This document shows positions 10,581 to 19,601 of a DNA stretch of 64,000 nucleotides, in pieces. This DNA comes from Syntrophorhabdaceae bacterium (GTDB taxonomy: Bacteria > Desulfobacterota > Syntrophorhabdia > Syntrophorhabdales > Syntrophorhabdaceae): contig OY762209.1 of the NCBI GenBank assembly GCA_963665295.1, positions 1 through 64,000 on the forward strand, in the 5' to 3' direction. Every line of letters begins with the position of its first letter. Position 1 is the first letter of the stretch. The notes under the pieces are model-generated. The model did not search any database. It saw only the letters and a program-made list of their open reading frames with translations, and had not been told where the DNA came from. The translations under genes were made by a program, and so were the position numbers.

Positions 10581-11407
10581 TTCTCTCCTTTGGCCAGCAC
10601 CGCTCTGATCTCCGCGGCATATTTGTCCATGGATTCAAGTTCCTGAGGCTTCAGGTTACGGTAGCCATCGAGCTTTTTGGTTTGAAAATATCGCTTGCCT
10701 TCCGGGGTCTTCGCGAAATCCCAGAGGGCGGCCTCGATCTGTTTCTTTTTCGACCCATCCCTGCTGTTCAGGACATAGACCCGGCCTGCCATGGGCGGGC
10801 TTTCGGCAAGAATGCGCAGTTGGCTCTTCACCTCGGGATTCAGCACCTGGAAGTTGGCCAAAGAGGTGAAGCCCGCCGAGGCGTCCCCGCTTATCACCAG
10901 TTGGGCCACGCTGTCCGAAGCGCTCACATACTTGACAGGGATGGACCCGAGGCCGTTTTCGGCCAGCCAGTGCTGTCCCCACAGTGTAACCAGGGACGAC
11001 GCGCTGAGTCCCAGCACGTTCGTGCCCTTCAGGTCTTTCGCCTTGTGGACCGGGCCCTTGGCGGCAACGATGGCAACGGCTTTGAATCCTGCCTTGTAGG
11101 TAAGCAAAGGCTGATACTTTGCGTCGGTCTGCAGTAGCCGGGCCTGGTGGCCGGTGGTTATTGCGATGTCGTATTCCTGGGCAAGGGCATGGCGCACGAA
11201 ATCGGTGAAGTCCGTTGCCGTCCTTATTTCTACGGGCATTGCCAGCGCTTTTTCCAGATATATACGCAAGGGCTGATACATTTCAAGAATAACGCGGGCG
11301 CTCGTGTGAGGAGCGACGCCGATAATGAAGGACTCCTGGGCCAGGGCAATGCCGCCGTAGACGATAAATGCCATAACGATAAGAGTGGTGCGGATCAACA
11401 TTTTCAT
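10577..11407 (-). CDS. PhnD-like (phosphate/phosphite/phosphonate family) periplasmic binding protein
   Basis: Signal peptide ALA-Q; IGVAPH...[22 protein letters not shown]; overlaps the kinase start by 4 nt. Confidence 0.8.
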   Translation of the reverse strand: MKMLIRTTLIVMAFIVYGGIALAQESFIIGVAPHTSARVILEMYQPLRIYLEKALAMPVEIRTATDFTDFVRHALAQEYDIAITTGHQARLLQTDAKYQPLLTYKAGFKAVAIVAAKGPVHKAKDLKGTNVLGLSASSLVTLWGQHWLAENGLGSIPVKYVSASDSVAQLVISGDASAGFTSLANFQVLNPEVKSQLRILAESPPMAGRVYVLNSRDGSKKKQIEAALWDFAKTPEGKRYFQTKKLDGYRNLKPQELESMDKYAAEIRAVLAKGEK

Positions 11408-11540
11408 TTTCCCCTCGCTTGTTGGATTCCAATGTAACGCCCTCCCGGGATTGGATGTGCGGCGGGTTTTCACGACCTGCCGCCGCGTCCGGGCTGCAAT
11501 CGCGGAAGTCCGGCTATTCATGGTGATATTCACAAATGTA

Positions 11541-11567
11541 TTATCGAGTGATAACCCCGATTAATTA
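11541..11567 (-). promoter_or_regulatory. Sigma28-like promoter
   Basis: TAATTAAT-N11-CTCGATAA (weaker match). Confidence 0.4.
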
Positions 11568-11619
11568 AGGGACGGTCCTGCAGGGAGGGGCGCGAGAGAC
11601 GCAGTGCCGGGAACGCGGC

Positions 11620-12015
11620 TCATCCGGCTTGATTCAACGCCCTGGCGACCTTCTCCGTCAACGCCTTCAATGTAATGGGCTTCACTATGTAATCCGTAAT
11701 GCCTTCGGAGATCGCCTTCTTGACCATTTCGATCTCGTTCGTTGCAGTTATGAGGATAAAGGGCACCTTCTTCAGTCTCTCATCTTCCCTGATCCTGCCC
11801 CACAAGGTAAGACCGTCCATTTCAGGCATGGTCCAATCGCTCAGGATAAGGTCATACCTGCGCCTGTTCAACTCCGTCAATGCCTTCGCCCCGTTCTCGA
11901 CGAGATGGGTGTCATCGTAGCCCAGACCCTGGAGGAGTGAATAAATCAACATCCTTGTCGAAGGGTGATCTTCCACGACGAGAATTCTGGGCGCTTTCTT
12001 CACCGGATTCTTCAC
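11620..12015 (-). CDS. Single-domain response regulator (CheY-like)
   Basis: LVVEDH, SDWTMPEMDG and YIVKP motifs; GTG at 12015 follows AAGGAG. Confidence 0.88.
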   Translation of the reverse strand: MKNPVKKAPRILVVEDHPSTRMLIYSLLQGLGYDDTHLVENGAKALTELNRRRYDLILSDWTMPEMDGLTLWGRIREDERLKKVPFILITATNEIEMVKKAISEGITDYIVKPITLKALTEKVARALNQAG

Positions 12016-12315
12016 TGCGCCATCTCCTTTATGAACTTGCTTCGTGACAAAGGTGCGATGCCTCCTGCCATGGTCTCCGAAAGGCAGGGGTCCCGCGCAT
12101 ACGCTTTGCCTATGCGCCCCCTTCGAGCTAATCTTCCCGCACTTTCCGTCCAAATTCAAGTCAAAATTTCGCGCTGTGGTGCTCTGTCCGCATGAAACTC
12201 CCCCTTTTTACCGGTCCCCCCCGGGGCAACCGCCGCGCTTTGTTGCAATGCACGCAAAAAAGGTCAATAATAGACTGAGGAAGGACTCCAACAAAACAAA
12301 CCGGGAGGAACACTC

Positions 12316-12735
12316 ATGAAGGTGGAGAAAGTCGATCATATCTGTATAGCAGTGCGAAACCTGGATGAGGCGCGGAAGACCTGGGAACCGGTGCTCGGCA
12401 AACCCGGACCTGATGACGCCTACGTCGATGAACGCGAGGGGATCAGGGTGATGAGGTATTGGATCGGTGAAGTGGGGTTCGAACTCATGGAGTCGACGAG
12501 GCCCGATGGGGACGTGGCCAGGTTTATCGAGAAACACGGTGAGGGGCCCATGATAATAAGTCTCAACGTAGACAACACGAGGGAAAGCATGGATGAACTG
12601 AAAGATAAGGGTTACCCTTTTATAGGAGGAGCAAGGCCGTTTCGTGACTGTGAATTTGCCTTCATCCACCCGAAAAAGGTAAACGGGGTGCTCCTCGAAC
12701 TGATTGACTATAAGTGGAAAGAGTCGGAACGATAG
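12316..12735 (+). CDS. VOC family protein (methylmalonyl-CoA epimerase-like)
   Basis: VDHICIAV..L, FELME, FIEKHGEG and FIHPK..NGVLLELI motifs. Confidence 0.85.
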   Translation: MKVEKVDHICIAVRNLDEARKTWEPVLGKPGPDDAYVDEREGIRVMRYWIGEVGFELMESTRPDGDVARFIEKHGEGPMIISLNVDNTRESMDELKDKGYPFIGGARPFRDCEFAFIHPKKVNGVLLELIDYKWKESER

Positions 12736-12821
12736 ACCGGCGCAACCCGCGAAGCGCAGGGTCACCGGCCCCGTGCCGCCCGGTTTTCCCTTGATACCGG
12801 CCATGCCGGAGAGGAGGCAAA

Positions 12822-13118
12822 ATGAAAGGCAAGAAAACCGCCATCGTGATCCATGAAAAGGACAATGTGGCCACCGCCCTCACCCTGCTCACGGCAGGCA
12901 CGGAAGTTCTCATCGAGGTTCGGGGCAGGGCCGAGATTACAAAGGTCGTCTCCGACATCCCCATGGGCCACAAGTTCGCCCTGGAGGATATAGAAAAGGG
13001 CGAAGCGGTGGTCAAGTACGGGGAACCCATCGGGCGGAGCACGGTGAAGATAGGCCGGGGGGACCACGTCCACGTGCATAACGTGGTGAGCCGGCCGAAA
13101 GGAGAAGAGCCGTTGTGA
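12822..13118 (+). CDS. UxaA-family dehydratase small (SAF-domain) subunit
   Basis: DNVATAL, IPMGHKFAL and VKYGEPIG...HVHVHN motifs. Confidence 0.9.
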   Translation: MKGKKTAIVIHEKDNVATALTLLTAGTEVLIEVRGRAEITKVVSDIPMGHKFALEDIEKGEAVVKYGEPIGRSTVKIGRGDHVHVHNVVSRPKGEEPL

Positions 13119-14272
13119 ATTTCCAGGGTTATCGGAGGCCTGACGGCAAGGCGGGGACAAGGAACCATGTGCTCGTGATCCCCAGCGTCGGATGTTCCCA
13201 AGGCTGCGCGCAGGCGGTTGCCCGGGGCGTGAAGGGGGTTGTCTACCTGCCCAATGTTTTCGGCTGCGGCCAGATCGGGGAAGACCGGGCCGTGGTCAGG
13301 AGGACTCTCGTCGGCTTCGGCGTGAATCCCAATGTCGCCGCCGTTCTGATTATCGGAAACGGGTGCGAGCAACTTTCCGCCGGGGAGATTGCCGGGGAGA
13401 TCAGACCCACGGGCAAACGGGTGGAGTCCCTCGTCATCCAGGATATGGGCGGCACAAAGAAGACCGTCGCCCTCGGAAAAAAGATCGCGAGAGAGATGAT
13501 CGAAGAGGCAGCGAGCATCGGCCGCGAGCCCATACCCGCGAAGGAATTGATCCTCGGCACGGAATGCGGCGGGTCCGATTTCAGTTCGGGCCTGGCCTCG
13601 AACCCCGCTGTGGGCGAGGCGAGCGATATGCTGGGAGCGGAAGGAGGGACGGTGATACTCTCCGAAACCGCCGAAATAGTCGGCGCCGAGCACCTCCTCG
13701 CCGGAAGGGCACGGACCCCGCTTGTGGGAAAGCAGATCCTCGAAGTGGCCGAATGGTGGGAGAAAGCGGCAATCGCGGGGGGACAGAACTTGAGAGACGG
13801 CAACCCCGCCCCGGGTAACATTGCCGGGGGTATCACCACCCTGGAGGAAAAGTCTCTCGGATGCATCTACAAAGCGGGTACGGGCGTCCTTCAGGAGGTA
13901 ATCACCTACAGTTCGCGTCCCACGAGAAAAGGCCTTGTCTACATGGACACGCCAGCCCACGACATTGAGCAGCTTACAGGCATGGTGGCGGGCGGGGCTC
14001 AAATCGTCGCGTTCACCACGGGAAGGGGAAATCCCGCAGGCTCCCCCATTGCGCCCGTGATCAAGATTACGGGCAACAGGGACACCTTTCTCCGCATGCG
14101 GGACAACATGGACATGGATGTGAGCAAGATACTGCGGGGGAAGGAATCCGTTTCTCACGCAGGAAGACGGGTCTTCGAAGAAATCATGGCAGTCGCCTCG
14201 GGCAAACTTACAAAGGCCGAAAGGGTGGGTCAAAGGGATTTTGCCATATTCAAGATCAACCCGGACATCTGA
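13115..14272 (+). CDS. UxaA-family (altronate/galactarate/sulfolactate-type) dehydratase large subunit
   Basis: GYRRPDG..GTRN, GCGQ, GCE, ECGGSD..SG..SNP, GNIAGGITTLEEKSLG and FTTGRG motifs. Confidence 0.92.
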   Translation: MNFQGYRRPDGKAGTRNHVLVIPSVGCSQGCAQAVARGVKGVVYLPNVFGCGQIGEDRAVVRRTLVGFGVNPNVAAVLIIGNGCEQLSAGEIAGEIRPTGKRVESLVIQDMGGTKKTVALGKKIAREMIEEAASIGREPIPAKELILGTECGGSDFSSGLASNPAVGEASDMLGAEGGTVILSETAEIVGAEHLLAGRARTPLVGKQILEVAEWWEKAAIAGGQNLRDGNPAPGNIAGGITTLEEKSLGCIYKAGTGVLQEVITYSSRPTRKGLVYMDTPAHDIEQLTGMVAGGAQIVAFTTGRGNPAGSPIAPVIKITGNRDTFLRMRDNMDMDVSKILRGKESVSHAGRRVFEEIMAVASGKLTKAERVGQRDFAIFKINPDI

Positions 14273-14381
14273 AAAGACGGCGGTTATTCCCCTGCAGTGC
14301 GGAAAATGGTTGACAAGGCTTTCCGCATCATGAAAGAATCTACGTGCTGAACAGAATTCATCATACCGGCAGGTGTTCCCC

Positions 14382-14624
14382 ATGAGAGGATATGTGAGGT
14401 TTATCAATCTGCAGAACGGCAAGGCCGCGGTAGAAACCCGTGAAGGCTTTACCGTCTTCGAAGTTCTCGAGCGCTGCGCACTCGACATCAGCGACGAAAT
14501 AGATGGTCCCCTCGACTCACCGGGGTTCGGGACATTGCACAACGTGACAAGAAAAGAAGACTTCGACGTGTCCATCGAAAGTACCCACTGCAACCGGGCG
14601 GAGACCGTTCAATTGCTCGGCTGA
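14382..14624 (+). CDS. Small hypothetical protein
   Basis: Protein-like 80-aa ORF after AGGTG, with no competing ORF. Confidence 0.6.
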   Translation: MRGYVRFINLQNGKAAVETREGFTVFEVLERCALDISDEIDGPLDSPGFGTLHNVTRKEDFDVSIESTHCNRAETVQLLG

Positions 14625-14785
14625 ACCCCTTCCTGACGGGCGATATCCGCGCCGGACGGAAGTAGACCTTTCGGGTCGGGTCCGCGGAACCGATTGTCCG
14701 GGTTTCCCATCCTTTACGCCTGCACCCGCTGTCCATTTCCGTTGACACGGAAACAAGCCCTTTGCCCCTAAGTAGATCGCCCGGC

Positions 14786-14812
14786 TTTAGATAATGTCTG
14801 TTTCGCCGATAA
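14786..14812 (+). promoter_or_regulatory. Sigma28-type promoter
   Basis: TTTAGATA-N11-GCCGATAA, 25 nt before the ATG at 14838. Confidence 0.6.
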
Positions 14813-14837
14813 TAAATCAGGAGAAGGAGGGCAGGCT

Positions 14838-15062
14838 ATGGAAAACATGGTCCGTGAATTATATGGTGCAATATCCGGGACGGTCTTCCCGTGCCTGGTC
14901 GTGGCAGCCGCCGTATTGTTCTTGAAGTGGCACATTATTCCGGGAATAAGGCTGATGCGGATGGGCCGCCGTGAAACCCGTGTTCAGCTTGCAGGGCGGA
15001 GGCTTGAACGGCAAAAGACCGGCGTCGATGAATATTTGACCATAAAGGCCCGGGACCTCTAA
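14838..15062 (+). CDS. Small single-TM hypothetical protein
   Basis: SD AAGGAGG; one hydrophobic segment followed by a basic tail. Confidence 0.65.
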   Translation: MENMVRELYGAISGTVFPCLVVAAAVLFLKWHIIPGIRLMRMGRRETRVQLAGRRLERQKTGVDEYLTIKARDL

Positions 15063-15137
15063 GGGGCGCCCGACAGCGACCCCAGCCTCCTGCTTCAACC
15101 AATGGTTTACCGACGCAGGAAGGAATTACCGACGGTT

Positions 15138-15395
15138 TCAATCGTTGAGATCAAGGTGCTCCCGTTGGCTCGGGGTCAAGCGGAGACTGCCCAATGCATG
15201 TTCCATCATGAAAACCTTCAGTTTTTCTTCAGTATCCACGCCCGGCGTGAGGCTTACCGTTCTCAAGATGCCGTCAGTAGTGGGAATTTGGCTGGTCTTC
15301 ATCCTCAGGCTCAGATCATCGCTCTCAGCGAGGGCCCGCCTTATCGTCTTCTGAACTGATTCGCATATGGCAACTTGCCTCACGTAGTTAAGCAT
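15138..15395 (-). CDS. Unknown 85-aa protein, paralog A (of three)
   Basis: SD GGAGGT; aligns without gaps to 40523..40792 and 44510..44767. Confidence 0.85.
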   Translation of the reverse strand: MLNYVRQVAICESVQKTIRRALAESDDLSLRMKTSQIPTTDGILRTVSLTPGVDTEEKLKVFMMEHALGSLRLTPSQREHLDLND

Positions 15396-15576
15396 GGTCA
15401 AATACCTCCTCATAAAAACCAATTATTATTTGTTCACTTTCGTCCCGGATTTCCGTAATCAACGCGCCATCCGGGTCCGCATTTAGTATACCTCACCCGG
15501 GTGGTGAATGGCAATCCATGGCAGGTATATTTCCCCGAGGCAGGCCGCCTTATTGCCGAAAAACCTTCCTTTCCCC

Positions 15577-16104
15577 TCATTTTCGTTTTGCCGGCCGGGA
15601 CTCCTCCGTTCCTGTCTTCTCATTGTACTTAGCCTTGATATCCCCGCGGGTAAACTTCTTCAACATGGAGGTAAAGGACCGGATATGGGTGATGGTCGAT
15701 GATTTCCTTAACAGGCTGTGGTCCGCGGGAAGAAAGGCGGTCAACACCATCACCACAATGGAAACAAGGATACAACCTTTCAAAAACCCCAGGAGCCCAC
15801 CGCCGATCCTGTTCAGGAACCCCAGTTTCGAAATAGAGAAGAGTCTCTCCACCGCCCACCCGATCAGATGAGCAACGATAATGCAGGCAAGGAGGATGGC
15901 GATAAAACTGATGGCCTTGGCGGTCCCCGGGTGAAGGCCGGTCAAAAACTTTGAACAGGGCAAATAGAACTTCATGCCCAGCACGTACCCCGCCACAATC
16001 CCCAGAAGCCCGAATATCTGCTTCACCATCCCGTTCCAGAACCCGACGATGGTCAACAGTCCGATTGCTGCAATGACTATGACGTCAAAAGTGCTTGTAA
16101 TCAA
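15577..16104 (-). CDS. cvpA: CvpA family membrane protein
   Basis: FDVIV...GFWNGMVKQIFGL and LNRIGGGLLGFLKG motifs; TTG start inferred. Confidence 0.85.
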   Translation of the reverse strand: MITSTFDVIVIAAIGLLTIVGFWNGMVKQIFGLLGIVAGYVLGMKFYLPCSKFLTGLHPGTAKAISFIAILLACIIVAHLIGWAVERLFSISKLGFLNRIGGGLLGFLKGCILVSIVVMVLTAFLPADHSLLRKSSTITHIRSFTSMLKKFTRGDIKAKYNEKTGTEESRPAKRK

Positions 16105-16580
16105 TTCTTGTTCTCCCTGACCTCGCCCGCGGTACGTCCGGTTCCGGTCTTCCACGTCCGTTGGTTAAGTCTACTCCACGGCCGGAGGAAGATGCAAGAG
16201 ACCGGATTCAACGCCAACGTGAGCCGCAAGCCCGGGTCCACCGTCTCACAGGGAGACAGGGGCCTCTCCCCGGAATGCGCCGCCCCTATCCTCCTCTCCG
16301 GATACCTGTAAAGACGTGTCCCATGCGCCGTTTTCTCAAAAGGTGTGCAATCTCTTTGCCCTCGCGCAGGAGGGCGTGAAACGACAGGTCCCCGGGACCC
16401 GGCCTCAGGCCCGACGGAATCCGAAAGAAAAATCAGGGTCCGGGCAGGTTTTGCAGATGCCCGGCTTCCGGCGGTCCGACAACAAGGGCCGGTATCGTAG
16501 AGCAGGAGGTCATTGCATGGCGGGACATCGAAATCGGAATGGAAGGGAGAGGCAGTTTTCTTTGCCCGGCAAGGGAAACC

Positions 16581-16615
16581 TTGACAACCATTTATTACTT
16601 GATGTATATAACGAT
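16581..16615 (+). promoter_or_regulatory. Promoter with a possible ModE-type box
   Basis: TTGACA at 16581 and TATATAACGAT at 16605-16615, matching the right half of a ModE box; the left half is poor. Confidence 0.35.
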
Positions 16616-16766
16616 AAGTGCGTGTGGGTCGGAGCACGGGTTGAAGCCGACGCCGGAGAATGGGGAAAAAGCCGTCCATTTCCAGGTTCCTTTTCCCGCC
16701 GCCTGTCATATCTGCAACTGATTGATTGCAGATATGGCTATTCCACGGTTTTTATGGGAGCGCGGT

Positions 16767-17558
16767 ATGCAGATAATGGTTCCGGAGAGCAGGAAGGCAT
16801 ATTCCGGCGACAAGACAATTCCGGAGAAGATCGTCGCCTGCCTGAAGCCTGCCTCCGAAGGGCTTTCCACGGCCGACGTGCGCATCGGGCTGGGATACAC
16901 CAGCGTGCGGCTCGATAACGGCGCCATCGGGCTTGCCTGGACGCCCCCAAGCCACCCCGAAAGCTGTACCCATGTAGCCAGGGCCGGGACCCTTGCCGGA
17001 AGGCCTGCTTCGGAACTTCTCGAGATGACGGCCGACGACCACAGCGCCCTCGCAAGGTCTCTGGGACTTGCAACGGCCAATGCCCTCGCCACCCTGCTCC
17101 CCCGTCCGGAATCGACACGAAGAGACGTGTTGGACATGGTGAACATTCAGCCCGCCGACCATGTGGCAATGGTGGGTTTTTTTGCCCCCCTGGTACCCGG
17201 GATACGCCGGACCGGGTGCAGGCTCGATATTCTGGAACTGGAAACCGGTAGGCCCGGCGTCGTGTCGCCTGAGGATGGACGGACCTCGTTGGCCTCATGC
17301 ACCGTGGCCATCATTACGGGCACATCCATCATAACGGGCACACTGGACGACCTGTTGGCCGGCCTCGGGAAGCCACGCGCCGTTATCATCCTCGGGCCTT
17401 CCTCCCTCATGTGTCCCCAGGTCTTTGCGGGAACGCCCGTGACCCATATCGCCGGCGCCCGGGTGCGAGATACACGGGCCGTTGAAAAGATCGTTTCCGA
17501 GGGCGGAGGCACTATGATCCTGAAACAGTATATGGATTTCGAGACAATTTGCCTGTGA
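16767..17558 (+). CDS. DUF4213/DUF364 Rossmann-like (putative metal-chelation) protein
   Basis: DVRIGLGYTSV, SLGLATANAL, VAMVGFF.P, IITGTSII.GT and ILGPS motifs. Confidence 0.85.
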   Translation: MQIMVPESRKAYSGDKTIPEKIVACLKPASEGLSTADVRIGLGYTSVRLDNGAIGLAWTPPSHPESCTHVARAGTLAGRPASELLEMTADDHSALARSLGLATANALATLLPRPESTRRDVLDMVNIQPADHVAMVGFFAPLVPGIRRTGCRLDILELETGRPGVVSPEDGRTSLASCTVAIITGTSIITGTLDDLLAGLGKPRAVIILGPSSLMCPQVFAGTPVTHIAGARVRDTRAVEKIVSEGGGTMILKQYMDFETICL

Positions 17559-17689
17559 GCGCAAGCTGTCTCCCATCAGGAACCACGCCCGGGTCGCCGG
17601 GTCGCGCCGATGACCTGATCCCTCTACGGCTTTACCGGGAACCGGGGTCTTATCCGGCGGACAGAAGGTATTTCTCTATCGTCTCTTCC

Positions 17690-18295
17690 TCATCCTTGCG
17701 CTATCGCCTTTTTCAGGCTCTCCGCGGTAGTGTAGTAAGCATCGCCCGCACAACTGCGACAGAGGACCCGGCCATCGACCGCCTCCTCCCGCCCGTTCAT
17801 AACCTCTTCCCCGCAAAACTCGCAGTTGACTCGCAGACCGTGTTCACTGAGAATCCTGTCCAGGGAGACCGTGAGGGCAACCGATTTCACGGCAAACAGT
17901 TCCTCGGCAGGCATTATCTGGTAGGCGTGGAGTTGTGCCTGCCAGCGGTTGGACGAATCGGTCATATAGTCCCTCGCCCGAACCCGGGCTTCGGGGCTCG
18001 GCACTATTCGAATCGACTCCCTGGTTATCACATCCACAAAGGTTGCCGCCATCTTGCCGTAATCCATGACCCGCATATTGCGATGTCCCGCAGTGCAACC
18101 GGTGGCCACCGCAATGCCGTCGAGGCCGCAACCATCCGTTTCGACAAAAGTGAAGAGACGCTTGTCAGGATGAGGCAACTCGATGTGAAGAAGTTCGCCG
18201 GCGAGAAGACCCATGCGAACCCCCAGAACCTGACGCGGGCAAAGGTGGTTATGTAGCGCGGCCGACTCGGCCAACAAGGTTTCCAAATCTCTCAT
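17690..18295 (-). CDS. FmdE family protein with a C-terminal C4 zinc finger
   Basis: HNHLCPRQVLGVRMG, ETDGC..DG...TGCT.G and CEFCGE...CRSC motifs; SD GGAGG. Confidence 0.9.
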   Translation of the reverse strand: MRDLETLLAESAALHNHLCPRQVLGVRMGLLAGELLHIELPHPDKRLFTFVETDGCGLDGIAVATGCTAGHRNMRVMDYGKMAATFVDVITRESIRIVPSPEARVRARDYMTDSSNRWQAQLHAYQIMPAEELFAVKSVALTVSLDRILSEHGLRVNCEFCGEEVMNGREEAVDGRVLCRSCAGDAYYTTAESLKKAIAQG

Positions 18296-18487
18296 GACAA
18301 TTCCTCCTGTTGCGGCCAATCCTTCTTTTTGAAGGTCGGTCGATTAGATTACCCGGTCCCCGTCATCCGGTTCATAGGCAACAGCCCGCATTAAGACGGA
18401 TCGGGGAAGGGACTTGCACTTCTCTTTGTACTTTCTCCATTGTTTGACGGGAAAGGGGCGGGTGGTTTTTACGGGTCCATAACCTGT

Positions 18488-18585
18488 TCCTCCTTTTCAA
18501 GCGCGGGAGGCCTTTTCGTTTCCGAAAAGACCCATTAGTCTGTAACCATAGGAACAGTCCCTTAGGTTTGCAGACTCGGAGTCTA
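18488..18585 (-). ncRNA. Moco-class riboswitch lacking P3 (Tuco-type variant)
   Basis: Minus strand reads ACTCCGAGTCTG-CAAACCTAAG-GGACTGTTCC-TATGG-TTACAGACT-AATGGGTCTTTTC-GGAAAC-GAAAAGGCC-TCCCG...GAAAAGGAG. All Moco-motif landmarks are present and P1 pairs with the SD. Confidence 0.88.
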
Positions 18586-18639
18586 TTTGTTACATATATC
18601 TTCTTCTAGTCAGTTATCTACGTTATTATACCATATTTA

Positions 18640-18683
18640 GTTTACTTTGTGCATTTTATAACAAAGTAAACCCATACTGTCAA
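18640..18683 (-). promoter_or_regulatory. Sigma70 promoter overlapped by a Rex-like palindrome
   Basis: TTGACA-N17-TATAAA. The -10 lies inside GTTTACTTTGT-N10-ACAAAGTAAAC, whose core TTGTGCATTTTATAACAA resembles Rex TTGTGAA-N4-TTCACAA. Confidence 0.6.
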
Positions 18684-18931
18684 GCCAAAAACGCACAATC
18701 TCATACCCTTTACCATATATTTCACAAGGCATGGACGGTTTGCGGGCTTCTGATCGTCCGGACAGTGCGGATTCAAGGCAAAAATGCCGTTTTCAATCAC
18801 GTCCGGCAGCCAATCAGGACGGACGCGATTTCCCCTTGCAAACAACCTTCAGTTGCGGGAGAATAAAGCTGGTGCGGATTAACGTCAAATATTGTATTTC
18901 ATGGCCATTTCAGCTCGTAGGTGGAGAAAAT

Positions 18932-19497
18932 ATGAAGAAAAGAACAGTCTATATATGCCTTGTCCTTGTCGCACTTTACGGTCTTGTCCTCTAAGTGTGG
19001 CCAATGTATATTTCGTCACCAACAGGTTCGAGGATTCCCTGGTGCAAATCGGGAAATACAAACGGCAGAATGAGCGGCTTATCCCGCCGGATAGCGCGCT
19101 TTTTGAGTATATCTCCCTGAAGAGGACAGGCAAGGACCGGGAGGCCCGGAAGATGCTCGAAGATTACGCCGGGGTTTACAAAGGCACAGGGTGGGAGTCT
19201 GAGACTCTCAAGTACTATCTGGGGAGGGCCGACGAGGCCGAGGTGCTCGCCATGACCAGGAACCGGTGTGACCGCGCCGGAGCCTTCTATTTCATCGGTT
19301 ACGACTTTCTTCTCAAAGGGGACAGGCAAAGAGGGGTCGAGTATTTTCAAAAGGCCCTTGATACGCAGGCCTTCGGAACTGCGGCCTATTCAGGGGCAGG
19401 CGTTATGCTGCAGACAATGAAGACCGGGGAGACGGCAACGCAAAACAATGGGCGTTCAGCGAAAGGGCAGCACAAAGGAGGGGACGGAGATAGATGA
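18932..19497 (+). pseudogene. Membrane-anchored NlpI-like TPR protein, frameshifted near 18990
   Basis: GGAG-ATG start, MKKRTVYICLVLVALYGLVL* then continues in the -1 frame as LSVANVYF...W...YYLG...AFYFIG..LLKGD...YFQKAL. Confidence 0.75.
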
Positions 19498-19601
19498 GAT
19501 ACCATGCGTCAGTCCCGGATCTCTCAACGGAAACGCGGCTGTTCGCGAATTTCACACGACTTTTGTGCTCATGATAGACTGCAACTCGTGTATACCCTTC
19601 T

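Noticed and set aside
12040..12130. Hairpins with GGCAAA upstream of the CheY-like gene as a c-di-GMP riboswitch
   Set aside because: The GEMM-I P2 signature and tetraloop-receptor arrangement are missing.
12662..14593. 643-aa minus-strand ORF and other long antisense ORFs (53315..54733, 60560..61921, 62286..63383, 36357..37388)
   Set aside because: They are shadows of well-supported genes on the opposite strand and have no recognisable motifs.
14625..14770. Structured intergenic region as an ncRNA
   Set aside because: Only short hairpins, with no recognisable family and no second copy.
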